Below, piece by piece: positions 1-10,158 of a stretch of 64,000 bases of DNA. The notes under the pieces are model-generated. The model was not told where the DNA came from and made no database searches. It saw only the letters and a program-made list of their open reading frames with translations. Where the stretch lies: the NCBI GenBank assembly GCA_004562395.1, contig SFQY01000007.1, positions 13,272 to 77,271 of the forward strand, read 5' to 3'. Position 1 is the first letter of the stretch. Every line of letters starts with the position of its first letter. This DNA is from a bacterium (lineage in GTDB: Bacteria > Bacillota > Clostridia > Oscillospirales > Oscillospiraceae). The position numbers and the translations under genes were made by a program.

Positions 1-19
1 GACCAGCCCCCAAACCAAA

Positions 20-1915
20 GTGGAGGTGCCGGTGGACGCGGATGTTCCGCTGCGGGAAATCAGCCGGCAGGACCCTGTGGCGTTTACCCCCGCGGTGCTG
101 CCGGAATCCGAGCCGAATCCCGACTGGGGTCTGGATGTGATTATGGATGCATCCTCACCCACAGGCGGCACCCTGGTATATGTGGTTGAGGAGCGGTTCG
201 CGGCGGCTTCGGGACGGATCTCCATGTCCGACACCTGTCTGCAGCGCTGGAACGGAACGGACTGGGAGTCCGTAGGGCCTGTCCAGTTTGAAATACAGAG
301 CATCGGTTTTGCCCAGAGCCGGCACACGGTGGTGGAATACATGCCCATGGAACTGGACTGGGAGCTGAGCTGCGGCTCCCTGCCTGCGGGAGATTATCGG
401 ATCTGCCAGACCATTCAAAGCGTCAGTGATTCCGCTACCTTCCGGGCCGCCTTCCACATCTATCGGGAGGAGCTGCCCTCCGACCAGGAGGCGGCGCTGG
501 ACCGCTGCGAGAAGGCCCTGTCCGCCCTGTCCGGCAGCCAGGCCTACTCCGTTCTGCTGTCCGACACCGGCCCTGACGGGGAGGTCTACCCTGTAAAACG
601 GATCACCAAGAGCGGCGGCGCGGTCCGTGTGGACCACTATATGGGAGATTACTGCGTCTCCAGCAGCAACTCCGAAAACGCGGTTTACAGCGCCACCGGC
701 TGGGATACCCCCTTCCGGGTGGATCAGAACCGGCAGTTCCTGTTCCCGGAGGGCCAGTCGATGATCCATCAGGAGGAAATCACCTTCTGCTCCGTTTGGG
801 CGGACTACAAGGGGACGGCCTACCGGGGAACCGACACCTTCCGGTTCTATGAGGACGGCACCCTGAAATCCGTGGACCGGCTGGTGCAGACCCTGGACGC
901 CGGCGGAGCCGTAACCGCGTCCCGGGTGCAGCGTCTGGAAAGTGAGAACCAGCCGAATATGAACTACTCCGACTATATTTCCAGTGCCGGTTCTTACAAG
1001 ATGAATAACGCCTTCGAAGCGTCCAATGATTCTGCCTGGGGAATCTTCTTCCGGGTGGATGATGACCTGCTGTCCCCCAACGGCGGCGAGGTCTGGATTT
1101 CCACCGATGCAGTGGGTGTATCCAATTACACCACCGACGGAACTTATTGGCTGGAAAAGAAGGTGGGAAATGACTGGAAGCGCCTGGGCGGCGAGGATAC
1201 TCAGGCCAGCTGGGGGGAGGAAACGATCCGGATCGTCAGCCAGACCGCCATGCGTCAGGTTGATTGGTCCTCGGTCTACGGCAGCCTGGAGCCCGGCGTC
1301 TACCGAATGGGCAAGCGCTTCTATCAGGGATCGGAATCCATTATTCAGTTTGCGGAATTCGCCATTTACCAGACCGGCGGTGTCTTTGGAGAAGGGGGCG
1401 AGGAAGCTCTGGCCCGGGTGGACGCGGCGATCGCAAAACTCCAGAGCGGCAATTACCGGGTGGAGCAATATGAGTCCAGCTACAGTTCCTACGAAGACAG
1501 GGAGCGTATGACCGAAGTGCTTTGGAAGTATGGCGATACTATGGTGGAGGATTTCTATAATAAGGTAGAAAGCTATTCCCACAGCGCGGTAACGCAGCCC
1601 GGTGATTTCGGTTACGGTGACTGGTTCAAGCGCAGCTACTTCGAATCCGAGTATGACTCCGTTTACTTCCCGGCGGGGTACGGCCTGATCAGCGACCGGG
1701 AGATCCGGCTGGTCTATTCCTATTCCCGGGACGCGGCGGACAATCCCTGCACTTTGTTCACCTACCGGTTTGACGAAAACGGGAATCTGACGGAAATCGA
1801 TCGGGAATCCTGCGACAGCATGTGGGCCGGCTATGTGACCCGCTATGTTGTCACCGACACCCCGGAAAGCGAAATTCAGGCCTGGGTTGAGGCAAAGAAG
1901 TCAGAACAGGGATAA
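20..1915 (+). CDS. Extracytoplasmic protein with two tandem modules, each an Ig-like domain plus a helical/beta domain; probably 5'-truncated by the window edge
   Basis: Frame open from the window start. Internal repeats: LDWELSCGSLPAGDYRI / VDWSSVYGSLEPGVYRM and TFRFYEDGTLKSVDR / TYRFDENGNLTEIDR. Acidic composition; followed by a hairpin. Confidence 0.6.
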   Translation: MEVPVDADVPLREISRQDPVAFTPAVLPESEPNPDWGLDVIMDASSPTGGTLVYVVEERFAAASGRISMSDTCLQRWNGTDWESVGPVQFEIQSIGFAQSRHTVVEYMPMELDWELSCGSLPAGDYRICQTIQSVSDSATFRAAFHIYREELPSDQEAALDRCEKALSALSGSQAYSVLLSDTGPDGEVYPVKRITKSGGAVRVDHYMGDYCVSSSNSENAVYSATGWDTPFRVDQNRQFLFPEGQSMIHQEEITFCSVWADYKGTAYRGTDTFRFYEDGTLKSVDRLVQTLDAGGAVTASRVQRLESENQPNMNYSDYISSAGSYKMNNAFEASNDSAWGIFFRVDDDLLSPNGGEVWISTDAVGVSNYTTDGTYWLEKKVGNDWKRLGGEDTQASWGEETIRIVSQTAMRQVDWSSVYGSLEPGVYRMGKRFYQGSESIIQFAEFAIYQTGGVFGEGGEEALARVDAAIAKLQSGNYRVEQYESSYSSYEDRERMTEVLWKYGDTMVEDFYNKVESYSHSAVTQPGDFGYGDWFKRSYFESEYDSVYFPAGYGLISDREIRLVYSYSRDAADNPCTLFTYRFDENGNLTEIDRESCDSMWAGYVTRYVVTDTPESEIQAWVEAKKSEQG

Positions 1916-1922
1916 TTGCCAA

Positions 1923-1953
1923 AGGCCCGGAGACAATGTCCGTCTCCGGGCCT
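1923..1953 (+). terminator. Stem-loop after the first CDS
   Basis: Inverted repeat AGGCCCGGAGAC...GTCTCCGGGCCT; weak U-tract. Confidence 0.5.
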
Positions 1954-2106
1954 GATGCATGTTTGCCCGTCCTGGGAGGGGTACGGCGGAAAGCTCGGAT
2001 GAACGGTTCCCTTTTTCTGAAAAAATGGTATTATGGGTGTGAGGTTTTCCCCGGAAAATCGGTCTATCAGGGTGAGGAACCAAAAGAATAAGCGAGGTGA
2101 CCCCAA

Positions 2107-2661
2107 GTGGAAGACAGTAAAATTCTGGAACTGTTCTTCGCCAGAAACGAAGACGCCATCCGCCATACGGACGATACCTACGGACGGCGGCTCTTTGCTC
2201 TGGCGGACAACATCGTCCGAAACGATCAGGATGCCGAGGAAAGCGTCAGCGATACCTATATGCGGGCCTGGGATACGATTCCTCCCCAGAAGCCCCAGCA
2301 TTTCTTTGCGTACCTGGCCAAGATCTGCCGGAATTTCGCCCTGAAGAAGCTGGACTGGAAGAACGCGGCCAAACGCAAAGCCGAGGTGGTCAGTCTGACC
2401 CAGGAGATGGAGGCGTGCATTCCCGACAGCACCCGGGACCGGGAGATGGAGGCGAAGGAGCTGGGAATGCTGCTGGACCGTTTCCTGCGGACCCTGACGC
2501 CGGAAAACCAGATGGTTTTTCTGCGCCGGTACTGGTATGTGGATACCATCGCGGAAATCGCGGTCCGGTATGGCATCAGCGAAAGCGCCGTCCAGATGCG
2601 GCTGAACCGAACCAGAGCAAGGCTCTGCACGTACCTTGAAAAGGAGGGAATCCGGGTATGA
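2107..2661 (+). CDS. ECF-type RNA polymerase sigma-70 factor
   Basis: Region 2 motif DAEESVSDTYMRAW, region 4 HTH (EIAVRYGISESAVQMRLNRTR), GAGGTG RBS; overlaps the next gene (ATGA). Confidence 0.92.
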   Translation: MEDSKILELFFARNEDAIRHTDDTYGRRLFALADNIVRNDQDAEESVSDTYMRAWDTIPPQKPQHFFAYLAKICRNFALKKLDWKNAAKRKAEVVSLTQEMEACIPDSTRDREMEAKELGMLLDRFLRTLTPENQMVFLRRYWYVDTIAEIAVRYGISESAVQMRLNRTRARLCTYLEKEGIRV

Positions 2662-4520
2662 ACGGAAAGGATATTTTTTTGGGCCTGAAATATGTGGGGG
2701 ACGATCTGATCGAGCTGGCGGAATACGGACGGTTTCCCACGGCCGCGGAAAAGGAAAAACAGAAAAAGACCGCCCGCCCCACAATCCGCAGACCCCTGCT
2801 GATCGCGGCGCTGATTGCCATGCTCCTGCTCCTGGTGGGCTGCGCGGTGGCGTATGTCCTGAGTATTCAGGATATGAAGGTTGGTGAACAGCAGGAAATC
2901 TACCAGGACTTTTCCGCGGATGGCCGGGAGTACCTGGGGGAGAAAACCGTTACGCAGCAGGTGCTGACGCTCGCGGGAATTAAGGGCAGTCCAAGCTATC
3001 AAGCCGCGCAGGAATGGTTTGACTTTAAGCAAGAATATGATCCTGACCACTCCATTATCGTTAGTCTCATGAGCGAAGGCAATGTCCCGGACTATCCAAT
3101 CGAATACAGCGCCTACAATATTTACTCTCAGGAAATGAAGGATAAGCTGGATGAGATCGTGGACAAGTATGATTTAAAACTCATTGGTGGGCCCGTTTCC
3201 TTCCGGACTACGAAACTGTTGTGCAAAGCCCTGGGAATGGAGGACATTCTTGTACCCGGCAGTGAAGCTACCATGAGAATCAACAGTGCGGGGTACCGGG
3301 AATGTGGAAATCTGACATTGGACTTTGATATCAATGTCCCTGGAGAAAAGGATACCCCGGCAGAGGAAACCCAATGCTCCTTATACTACCGGAAAAAGGA
3401 CTGCTTTACGGAAGAGGTCATCGGGCTTAATGAGATCAGCGACTGGAAGGAATGGAACTATACCACAAAGTCCGGCGCTGATGTGCTGATTCTCCGGTCA
3501 TCTTCTGACTGGCGGGGATGGATCATCTGCGATATGCCGGAGTATACGGCAACGCTCCGAATAGAAGCCATTGACGAGGTTTATATCAGTGACGAAGCCG
3601 GCAATACCATCGTTCAGCGTACGGAAATGACAGACCGGCAGATAGAATTGCTGACAGATGCCATTGACTTCTCCATCGAACCGAAGCTGGTGGAAGGATA
3701 TGAAAGTCTTGATGATGGAGCCGTTGGCTCCGGGGAGAAGATCAATGGCTATTCCATTGAGTTGAAGTCCGCCGTGACCGATGGGCAGATCGCCTACATC
3801 ACCCTGGGGATCACCGCTCCGGAGGGTGTGACGCTGATCGACTCTGACATCTCCGATTATATGCTGACCCACGGCAACACATGGGGGTTCTTTGAGCCGG
3901 TCACCGAGGGCCTGAATAAGACCGGAGGTTCAAACGGTTGGTGCGAGGATGATGGGGATGGGCTGAGCAATACCCTGAACTATGTGCTGGAGGTAACGCC
4001 GGACTGCGAGAATGGTCAGATGCCCTTCGCTCCGGGAAATGTCTGGAACCTCTACTGGGAGGATATCTACAGCAGCTATTGGGACGAAGAAAATATCAAA
4101 CAGCAGGAAAATCTGATAGCTGAGGGTACCTGGAGCTTTGATGTCGTCTTTGAGGGGAAGCCCATTGGGGAACTGGAACTGATCCGGGAACCCGTCACAG
4201 TCAAGGCAGTCTACGGTTGGGACCTGGACGGAAACGATGTTTCCAAAGAAACCCGGATCACATCCTTCCTCCTGCGCTCCCTCAGCGCGACCGTTTTCTG
4301 CGACATGGAGAACGCCGCTCCGGATTTCCTGACCAACCGCGAACGCTGCATTTATGTGGTGCTGAAGGACGGAAGCCGGATTTCCCTGCACAGCGAAAGT
4401 GCCAGTCCCGGAAAGCAAAATCTGACAGCGGATTGTCCCATTGCGCTTGATCAGGTGGACTACGTCCTTCTGGCAGACGGTACCAGACTCACGGTTCCTG
4501 CAGAAGGGGAAAATCCATAA
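2658..4520 (+). CDS. Putative anti-sigma factor, single-TM protein with large acidic extracytoplasmic domain (DUF4179-like)
   Basis: Coupled to the ECF sigma; N-terminus IFLGLKYVGDDLIELA, one TM (LLIAALIAMLLLLVGCAVAYVL), motif ELKSAVTDGQIAYITLGITAP. Confidence 0.7.
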   Translation: MNGKDIFLGLKYVGDDLIELAEYGRFPTAAEKEKQKKTARPTIRRPLLIAALIAMLLLLVGCAVAYVLSIQDMKVGEQQEIYQDFSADGREYLGEKTVTQQVLTLAGIKGSPSYQAAQEWFDFKQEYDPDHSIIVSLMSEGNVPDYPIEYSAYNIYSQEMKDKLDEIVDKYDLKLIGGPVSFRTTKLLCKALGMEDILVPGSEATMRINSAGYRECGNLTLDFDINVPGEKDTPAEETQCSLYYRKKDCFTEEVIGLNEISDWKEWNYTTKSGADVLILRSSSDWRGWIICDMPEYTATLRIEAIDEVYISDEAGNTIVQRTEMTDRQIELLTDAIDFSIEPKLVEGYESLDDGAVGSGEKINGYSIELKSAVTDGQIAYITLGITAPEGVTLIDSDISDYMLTHGNTWGFFEPVTEGLNKTGGSNGWCEDDGDGLSNTLNYVLEVTPDCENGQMPFAPGNVWNLYWEDIYSSYWDEENIKQQENLIAEGTWSFDVVFEGKPIGELELIREPVTVKAVYGWDLDGNDVSKETRITSFLLRSLSATVFCDMENAAPDFLTNRERCIYVVLKDGSRISLHSESASPGKQNLTADCPIALDQVDYVLLADGTRLTVPAEGENP

Positions 4521-4601
4521 TTCGCTGTGACGATTCCGTGGGGGAAAAGTCATCAGTAAAGCGTTTCCGAATGAATTTCGGATGCGACGGGAAGGCAAAT
4601 A

Positions 4602-4637
4602 AGAGCCTGCCTCCGATGGATCGGAGGCAGGCTCTTT
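4602..4637 (+). terminator. Rho-independent terminator
   Basis: AAGAGCCTGCCTCCGAT-GG-ATCGGAGGCAGGCTCTTT. Confidence 0.7.
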
Positions 4638-4895
4638 GGGTTTCGGCATGGGCACGGGATTCCATGGATTCCGTTTCCTTCAGCGGGAAAGGCACATGGC
4701 CTGTGCCATCATAGGGCAGTGCCGCCCACGTAAGGATTCTGCTGACCGGTTCTTAACGGCGGCAATATCCGATGGGGCGGAGAAGTAACAATATCCGCCG
4801 CGGGGCTGAAGAAAAGCCACTGTTTTCCCGGGTTTTCGCGGGGAATCGGGACAGGGGAGGAAGGAGGCGCATAGAATGCTCCGGAGGTGACTTCC

Positions 4896-5072
4896 ATGAA
4901 CGGATGCGAACTGACGGCCTCCGTCACCGCCCTGGCAAACGCCATCGCCTGCCGGATGAATCCCGAAGAGCTGACCCTTCTGGCGGCGGTGCTGACCCAG
5001 CTGGGAGATACCCTCAATACCATCGCCCTCCGGCGGAGCCTGTGCGAAAACACCCCGGCATCCGGCCAATGA
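4896..5072 (+). CDS. Small conserved clostridial protein (DUF6774-like)
   Basis: GGAGGTGA RBS before ATG; MNGCELTASVTALANAIAC...LAAVLTQLGDTLNTIA. Confidence 0.7.
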   Translation: MNGCELTASVTALANAIACRMNPEELTLLAAVLTQLGDTLNTIALRRSLCENTPASGQ

Positions 5073-5213
5073 GCCGGGTGCCTGCACCCGGAACGCATTC
5101 GGGCCGGGCAGCAGCCGGAAAACCTGTTTTCCTGCACAATTCTGCTTCCCGAAAAGCTTTGAAGAATGTGAGTTTCTACCAAAATCCGTCCCTATTTTTG
5201 TGCGGCTTGGCGA

Positions 5214-5242
5214 TTGATGGACAGGGTGATCTGTGCTATAAT
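5214..5242 (+). promoter_or_regulatory. sigma-A promoter of the ABC operon
   Basis: TTGATG-17 bp-TATAAT with extended TG. Confidence 0.7.
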
Positions 5243-5335
5243 ACTTCTGTTCCGGGGTTCCCATGGATCCCGGCCAATGGGCTTTCCCAGCTTCGCGCTG
5301 TGACGGCATATACATTATCATAGGAGGAACATAAA

Positions 5336-6424
5336 ATGAAAAAGCTGCTTGCCCTGCTGCTGGCCTGCGTGATGGTTGTTGGCCTGTTTGCCGGCTGCTC
5401 CAGTGAGAAACCCGCCGAGACCACCGCTCCCAAGAGCGAAGCCCCGGCTGCCACCGAGCCCGCCAGCGCGGAGACCGAGCCTGCCGAGAAGGCTCCTGAG
5501 GACTATACCGGCAACTTGGTGGTCTACTCTCCCCATGACGCCGATCCTCTGAACGCGGGCGTTACCCTGTTCGAACAGAAGTATCCCAATATCAAGGTTG
5601 AGGTCATCGCTGCTGGTACCGGCGAGCTGTGCCAGCGTATCGTGGCCGAGTCTGCCAATCCCCAGGGCGACGTCCTGTGGGGCGGCGGAGCCGACACCCT
5701 GGCCGCTTACACCGACTACTTCGCTCCTTATGTCTGCGCCAACGATGATGTCATCGGCGAGGCCTACAAGGATGCCGACGATATGTGGATCGGCGAGTCT
5801 CCTCTGCCCATGGTCTTCATTTATAACAAGACCATGATCGACGAGGCCGACGTTCCCACCACCTGGGAAGGCCTGTGCGACGAGTCCCTGAAGGGCAAGA
5901 TCGCCTACGCGTCCCCCGCAAAGTCCGGCTCCGCTTACACCCAGCTTTGCACCATGCTGTTCAGCCAGCCCACGCTGGATGAGGGCTGGGATCTGGTCAG
6001 CCGGTTCATCGCCAACCTGGACGGCAAGATTCAGGATTCCTCCGGCAACTGCCACAAGCTGGTGGCCGCCGGTGAGTACACCCTGGGTGTTACCATTGAA
6101 AAGTCCGCCGTTCTGTATGCCGACAACCCCGACATCGGCTACGTCTATCCCGAGAAGAACTCTGCCGTTCCCGACGGTGTGGCTCTGATCAAGAACTGCC
6201 CCAACGAGGAGAACGCCAAGCTGTTCATCGACTTCGTCACCGGCCTGGAGTGCCAGACCGCGCAGAACAGTGACTGGGCCCGCCGTCCCGTCCGCAGCGA
6301 CATGACCCCCAAGGGCCTGTGCGAGCTGAGCGAGCTGGATCTTGGCGACTACGACTTCAGCTACGCCGCCAACAACAAGGAATCCATTGTTGAGAAGTGG
6401 AATGACCTGACCGTAGGCGGTTAA
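5336..6424 (+). CDS. ABC transporter substrate-binding lipoprotein (AfuA/FbpA-like)
   Basis: Lipobox LFAGC; motifs NPQGDVLWGG, SPAKSGSAY, AKLFIDFV; AGGAGG RBS. Confidence 0.88.
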   Translation: MKKLLALLLACVMVVGLFAGCSSEKPAETTAPKSEAPAATEPASAETEPAEKAPEDYTGNLVVYSPHDADPLNAGVTLFEQKYPNIKVEVIAAGTGELCQRIVAESANPQGDVLWGGGADTLAAYTDYFAPYVCANDDVIGEAYKDADDMWIGESPLPMVFIYNKTMIDEADVPTTWEGLCDESLKGKIAYASPAKSGSAYTQLCTMLFSQPTLDEGWDLVSRFIANLDGKIQDSSGNCHKLVAAGEYTLGVTIEKSAVLYADNPDIGYVYPEKNSAVPDGVALIKNCPNEENAKLFIDFVTGLECQTAQNSDWARRPVRSDMTPKGLCELSELDLGDYDFSYAANNKESIVEKWNDLTVGG

Positions 6425-6559
6425 TCCCAATTGCAGCGGAGGGAGTCCCCCAGGGGGACTCCCTCTTTCCAAAAGACCGTGCAGCTGAAAAAAGCCGCCT
6501 TTTCGGCGTTTTTTTTGAGTTGCACTGCAGACTTATTCCAGACAGAAGGAGAACATTTT

Positions 6560-7636
6560 ATGAGCAATGAGGTCATCATCAAGGACGCAGTGAAGCGCTA
6601 CGGCGATTTTACCGCGCTCAACGGCGTTTCCCTGGACATCCGGGAGGGAGAGTTTTTTACGCTTCTGGGTCCCTCCGGCTGCGGCAAGACCACGCTTCTG
6701 CGTATGATCGCCGGTTTTAACTCCATTGAAGGCGGCGATTTCTATTTCGGAGAAAAGCGTATCAACGACGTTCCCGCCCATAAGCGGGATATCGGCATGG
6801 TGTTCCAGAACTACGCCATTTTCCCCCACCTGACGGTCAGCGAAAATGTGGCCTACGGCCTGAAGGCCCGGAAGGTCCCCAAAAATGAGATCGGCCCCCG
6901 GGTGGCCGAGGCTCTGGAGCTGGTGCAGATCGCCCACCTGGCGGACCGGAAGCCCAACGAGCTCTCCGGCGGCCAGCAGCAGCGTGTAGCCCTGGCCCGC
7001 GCCTTCGTCATTGAGCCCAGCGTGCTTCTGATGGACGAGCCTCTTTCCAACCTGGACGCCAAGCTGCGGGTGCAGATGCGCTCCGTCATCAAAAAGCTCC
7101 AGCGCCGCCTGGGCATCACCACCATTTACGTCACCCACGACCAGGAGGAGGCCCTGGCCATTTCCGACCGGATCGCCGTTATGAAGGAGGGCCGCATCAT
7201 GCAGATCGGCACCCCCAACGAGATCTACGCCAAGCCCCAGAACCCCTTCGTTGCGGGCTTCATCGGCGTCAGCAATTTCCTGGACTGCCAGGTGGAGGCC
7301 GACGGCAGCGGACCCGCCGCAGTCACCATTCAGGGAGAGCTGCAGACCCGGATCCCCGTGAGCCGCGCCTATCACGGCCCCGCCAAGCTCTCCGCCCGGC
7401 CGGAGCAGCTCTTCTTCAGCCCGGAGGGTATGCCCGGGGAGATCCTGTTCTCCACCTTCCTGGGGGACTTCATCGAGTACGAGGTCCAGCTGGACAACGG
7501 CCAGAGCCTCATTGTCAACGAGTATACCAAGGACACCACCACCGTCCACCGGGACGGGGAGCGGGTCTTCCTGCGCTTTGACCCCGCCCGGGTCAGCCTC
7601 TATGAGGCGGAATCCGAGGAGGTGCTTTCGTTGTGA
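6560..7636 (+). CDS. ABC transporter ATP-binding protein (PotA/FbpC-like)
   Basis: Walker [16 protein letters not shown] signature, LLMDEP, C-terminal TOBE region; start placed after AAGGAG. Confidence 0.93.
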   Translation: MSNEVIIKDAVKRYGDFTALNGVSLDIREGEFFTLLGPSGCGKTTLLRMIAGFNSIEGGDFYFGEKRINDVPAHKRDIGMVFQNYAIFPHLTVSENVAYGLKARKVPKNEIGPRVAEALELVQIAHLADRKPNELSGGQQQRVALARAFVIEPSVLLMDEPLSNLDAKLRVQMRSVIKKLQRRLGITTIYVTHDQEEALAISDRIAVMKEGRIMQIGTPNEIYAKPQNPFVAGFIGVSNFLDCQVEADGSGPAAVTIQGELQTRIPVSRAYHGPAKLSARPEQLFFSPEGMPGEILFSTFLGDFIEYEVQLDNGQSLIVNEYTKDTTTVHRDGERVFLRFDPARVSLYEAESEEVLSL

Positions 7637-9294
7637 AGCAGAAACGCGCCCAGAAATGGAGGCCCGACTTCTGGTTCTTCACGAAGCTGTTCGTGATCCT
7701 GAGCATGTGCCTGTTCATTGTGTATCCCTTCTATACCATCATCACCAAGAGTGTGTTCTCCAACAAGGTGGAGGGTATCACGCTGTATAATTTCGTCCGG
7801 TTCTTTACCAAGCCCTACTATTATCAGACCCTGCAGCGGTCGCTGTTCGTGTGTATTGCCACCGTGATCACCACCACCGTCATCGGCGTACCCATCGCCT
7901 ATCTGATGACCCGGTACAATGTGGCGGGGAAAAAGCTGCTGCACATCTTCATCATCATGTCTTTGATGAGCCCGCCCTTCATCGGCGCCTACTCCTGGAT
8001 CATTCTGCTGGGCCGCAACGGCCTTCTGGCAAAGCTTTTCGGCCTGATCGGACTGACGGCGCCCACTATCTACGGACGTGACGGCATTGTTTTCGTCTTC
8101 ACCCTACACCTGTTCCCTTACATCTATCTGTATACCTCCGGCGCCATGAACAGCATCGACAGCTCCCTGGAGGAGGCGGCGGAGAATCTGGGCATGAACA
8201 AGCTCAAGCGGATCTGGACCGTCACCCTGCCGGTGATCCTGCCCTCCATTCTGGCAGGCTGCGTCATGGTGTTCATGACCTCCCTGGCGGACTTCGGCAC
8301 CCCCATGCTGCTGGGCGAGGGCTATACCGTGCTGCCGGTGCTGGTTTACAACGAGTACATGTCCGAAAGCGCCGTCAACCCCTATATGGCCTCGGCACTG
8401 TCCGTGATCATTGTGGCCTGCTCGCTGCTGGTGCTGACCTTCCAGAAGCTGGTCATTGACAAGCGCAATTATCAGATGAGTTCCCTGCGGCCGCCTCAGG
8501 AGACGGTCCTTCATGGCTGGAAGCGGGTGCTGGTCTCTCTGCCCATTTACATTGTGGTATTCCTGGCCTTCCTGCCCCAGATCGTGGTGGTCTGCCAGTC
8601 CTTCGTGGAGCGCAGCTTCTCCGGTGTTGTGAAGGGCATCAACCTGAACAACTACCGGGCGATCCTCTCCCGGCTGGGCACCAATATCCGGAATACCTAT
8701 GTCTTCTCCCTGGTGGCCATTGTGTTTATCATCGTGCTGGGCATTCTGGTGTCCTACATTCTGGTCCGCAAAAAGGGGAAGGTGGCAAACCTCATCGATA
8801 CCCTGATCATGTTCCCCTACGTGATCCCCGGCTCCGTCCTCGGTATCGGCCTGATCGTTGCCTTCAACCGCAAGCCCCTGATGCTGGTGGGTACCGCCGC
8901 CATCATGATCATCTCCTACATCGTCCGGAAGCTGCCCTACACCGTCCGCTCCGGTTCGGCCTTCCTGTATCAGATGGATCCCAGCGTGGAGGAGGCCTCC
9001 ATCAACCTGGGTGTCTCTCCCATGAAGACCTTCTTCACCGTCACCGCCCGTATGATGCTGCCGGGCATCATGTCCGGCGCGGTGCTGAGCTGGATCACCT
9101 GCATCAATGAGCTGTCCAGCTCCATCATGCTCTATTCCGGCAAAACCTCCACCATCGCCGTGGCCATCTACCAGGAGGTCACCCGTATGAGCGACGGAAC
9201 CGCCGGCGCCCTGGCCACCATCCTGACGGTGACCACCATTATCTCTCTGCTCATCGTGTTCCGGGCCACAAAGGGGAAGGTGAAGATCGTCTGA
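7633..9294 (+). CDS. ABC transporter permease with two fused TM domains (FbpB/AfuB-like)
   Basis: Two EAA loops (LEEAAENLG, VEEASINLG); many TM helices. Confidence 0.92.
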   Translation: MKQKRAQKWRPDFWFFTKLFVILSMCLFIVYPFYTIITKSVFSNKVEGITLYNFVRFFTKPYYYQTLQRSLFVCIATVITTTVIGVPIAYLMTRYNVAGKKLLHIFIIMSLMSPPFIGAYSWIILLGRNGLLAKLFGLIGLTAPTIYGRDGIVFVFTLHLFPYIYLYTSGAMNSIDSSLEEAAENLGMNKLKRIWTVTLPVILPSILAGCVMVFMTSLADFGTPMLLGEGYTVLPVLVYNEYMSESAVNPYMASALSVIIVACSLLVLTFQKLVIDKRNYQMSSLRPPQETVLHGWKRVLVSLPIYIVVFLAFLPQIVVVCQSFVERSFSGVVKGINLNNYRAILSRLGTNIRNTYVFSLVAIVFIIVLGILVSYILVRKKGKVANLIDTLIMFPYVIPGSVLGIGLIVAFNRKPLMLVGTAAIMIISYIVRKLPYTVRSGSAFLYQMDPSVEEASINLGVSPMKTFFTVTARMMLPGIMSGAVLSWITCINELSSSIMLYSGKTSTIAVAIYQEVTRMSDGTAGALATILTVTTIISLLIVFRATKGKVKIV

Positions 9295-9911
9295 TGATAC
9301 GTAATCTGATTTTTGACATGGGCGGCGTGCTGATCCGGTTTGACCGGGAGCTTTTCCTGGACCGGCTGAAGCTGGAAAAGCCGGACCGGCAGCTTCTGAT
9401 GAACCAGGTGTTTCTGTCCCTGGAATGGGCCAGGATGGACCGGGGCTCCATGACGGAGGACCAGGCGGTGGAAAGCATCTGCGCCAGAGTTCCCCGGCAC
9501 CTTCATGGGGCCGTGGAGGCCCTGGTCAAGCACTGGGACGAGCCGCTGCTGCCTGTGGAGGGCATGGAGGAGCTGATCCGGGAGCTGAAGGAATCCGGCT
9601 ACGGGATTTACCTGCTTTCCAACGCCAGCTTCCGCCAGCACGAATACTGGCCCCGGATCGGCGCCAGCCGTTACTTTGACGCTACTCTTATCTCTGCCGA
9701 CGAAGGACTGGTGAAGCCCCAGCCGGAAATTTACCGCCTTGCCCTGGAGCGCTTCGGTCTGCGCCCGGAAGAATGCTTTTTTATCGACGACCTTCCCGCC
9801 AATGTGGAGGGAGCTTCTGTCTGCGGCATTTCCGGGGCGGTGTTTCATGGCAGCGCCGCCGAGCTGCGCCGGGATCTCCGGGCCGCGGGGGTCCGCGTCA
9901 GCCTCATCTGA
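9294..9911 (+). CDS. HAD-superfamily phosphatase (YihX-like)
   Basis: Motif I FDMGGVL, LSN, KPQPEIY, FIDD. Confidence 0.9.
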   Translation: MIRNLIFDMGGVLIRFDRELFLDRLKLEKPDRQLLMNQVFLSLEWARMDRGSMTEDQAVESICARVPRHLHGAVEALVKHWDEPLLPVEGMEELIRELKESGYGIYLLSNASFRQHEYWPRIGASRYFDATLISADEGLVKPQPEIYRLALERFGLRPEECFFIDDLPANVEGASVCGISGAVFHGSAAELRRDLRAAGVRVSLI

Positions 9912-10158
9912 ACATCCTGTGCCTCTCCCGGAAGGGAGGGGCACATTTTTGGCTTTTCATCGGCAAAATCACCAATTTTTCTGAAAAAATCATCCTCTTA
10001 TCGACAAAGCGCAGAAAATGTTGAATATTGTCGAAATAGGTGTGGAAGTTCGGAAAAAATATGGTACAATAGACCTGTATGTTTTCCAAGGCAAATTCCA
10101 AGAAGCAGATGATTTTGTACCATACAAAAACAATTGTGATGAAGGAGCCAAAAATTAT

